The notes under the pieces were generated by a model. It did no database searches and was not told where the DNA came from. It saw only the letters and a program-made list of their open reading frames with translations. This document shows positions 63,562 to 64,000 of a DNA stretch of 64,000 nt, one piece after another. The stretch covers positions 68,076,001 through 68,140,000 of the forward strand of contig OX597814.1 in assembly GCA_951406725.2 (NCBI GenBank), given 5' to 3'. Every line of letters begins with the position of its first letter. Positions within the stretch are counted from its first letter, which is position 1. The position numbers and the translations under genes are program-made. The stretch is from Octopus vulgaris (Eukaryota).

Positions 63562-63785
63562 CACAAGAACTCAGCTTTGTCACACAACATGAACATTAAC
63601 ATACTGATAGCAGACCTAGTTAGAATAATGAACAAGGTGTCCCCACTATGCGAACACTGTGAAATGAAGAAACATATACAGAACTTCGTACACCGCATGC
63701 AGTTCTCTGGATTTGATCAGAAAGATAGGGTTCGTGTATTCAGGGGGGCTAGAAAGAAATTAGATAACATTATACGTAATGATAC
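63555..63785 (+). pseudogene. PLE-like RT thumb fragment
   Basis: SALSHNMNINILIADLVRIMNKVSP..FVHRMQFSGF resembles post-RT regions of Penelope-like elements. Confidence 0.4.
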
Positions 63786-64000
63786 CAGTTCATGGATTCC
63801 TAAATATTTGTATGTCTGACTTTGGTCTCATTCTCTTAATCCAAATTTAGTATAAGGTATAGATATAGAAACAAAGAATGGAATAGAATACAAAGAGCTT
63901 GTGACAAAGCAAACAGGGCGAACACGTGGTATAAAACCGACAAATATCAAGGAGTGATGTTTGTAGAGGCCATAGCCCATGGGGAACTAGCCTGTAGATT

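Overview
AT-rich, microsatellite-dense animal DNA made almost entirely of mobile elements. The tRNA-SINE families look like those of octopus/cephalopod genomes (inference). No confident host gene. Main contents: a Penelope-like element with inverted pseudo-LTR (4.2-8.6 kb), a nearly intact 5'-truncated CR1-type LINE (8.6-11.4 kb), a decayed full-length Tx1/L1-clade LINE with a 17-bp TSD (44.7-50.0 kb), R4/Dong, CR1 and Tigger relics, three tRNA-SINE families and about a dozen minimal type I hammerhead ribozyme motifs in PLE termini and 350-545 bp retrozyme-like repeats. The most striking feature is a set of RT-less, ORF1(gag-like)-only Tx1-related retroelements. Six form a head-to-tail 10.3-kb array (28.9-39.2 kb) inside a putative non-autonomous Helitron, with junctions suggesting insertion into their own 5' end. 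A distinct solo ORF1-only copy with a 15-bp TSD sits inside a tRNA-SINE head (59.2-61.3 kb). One SINE subfamily carries the same 3' tail as the array units.
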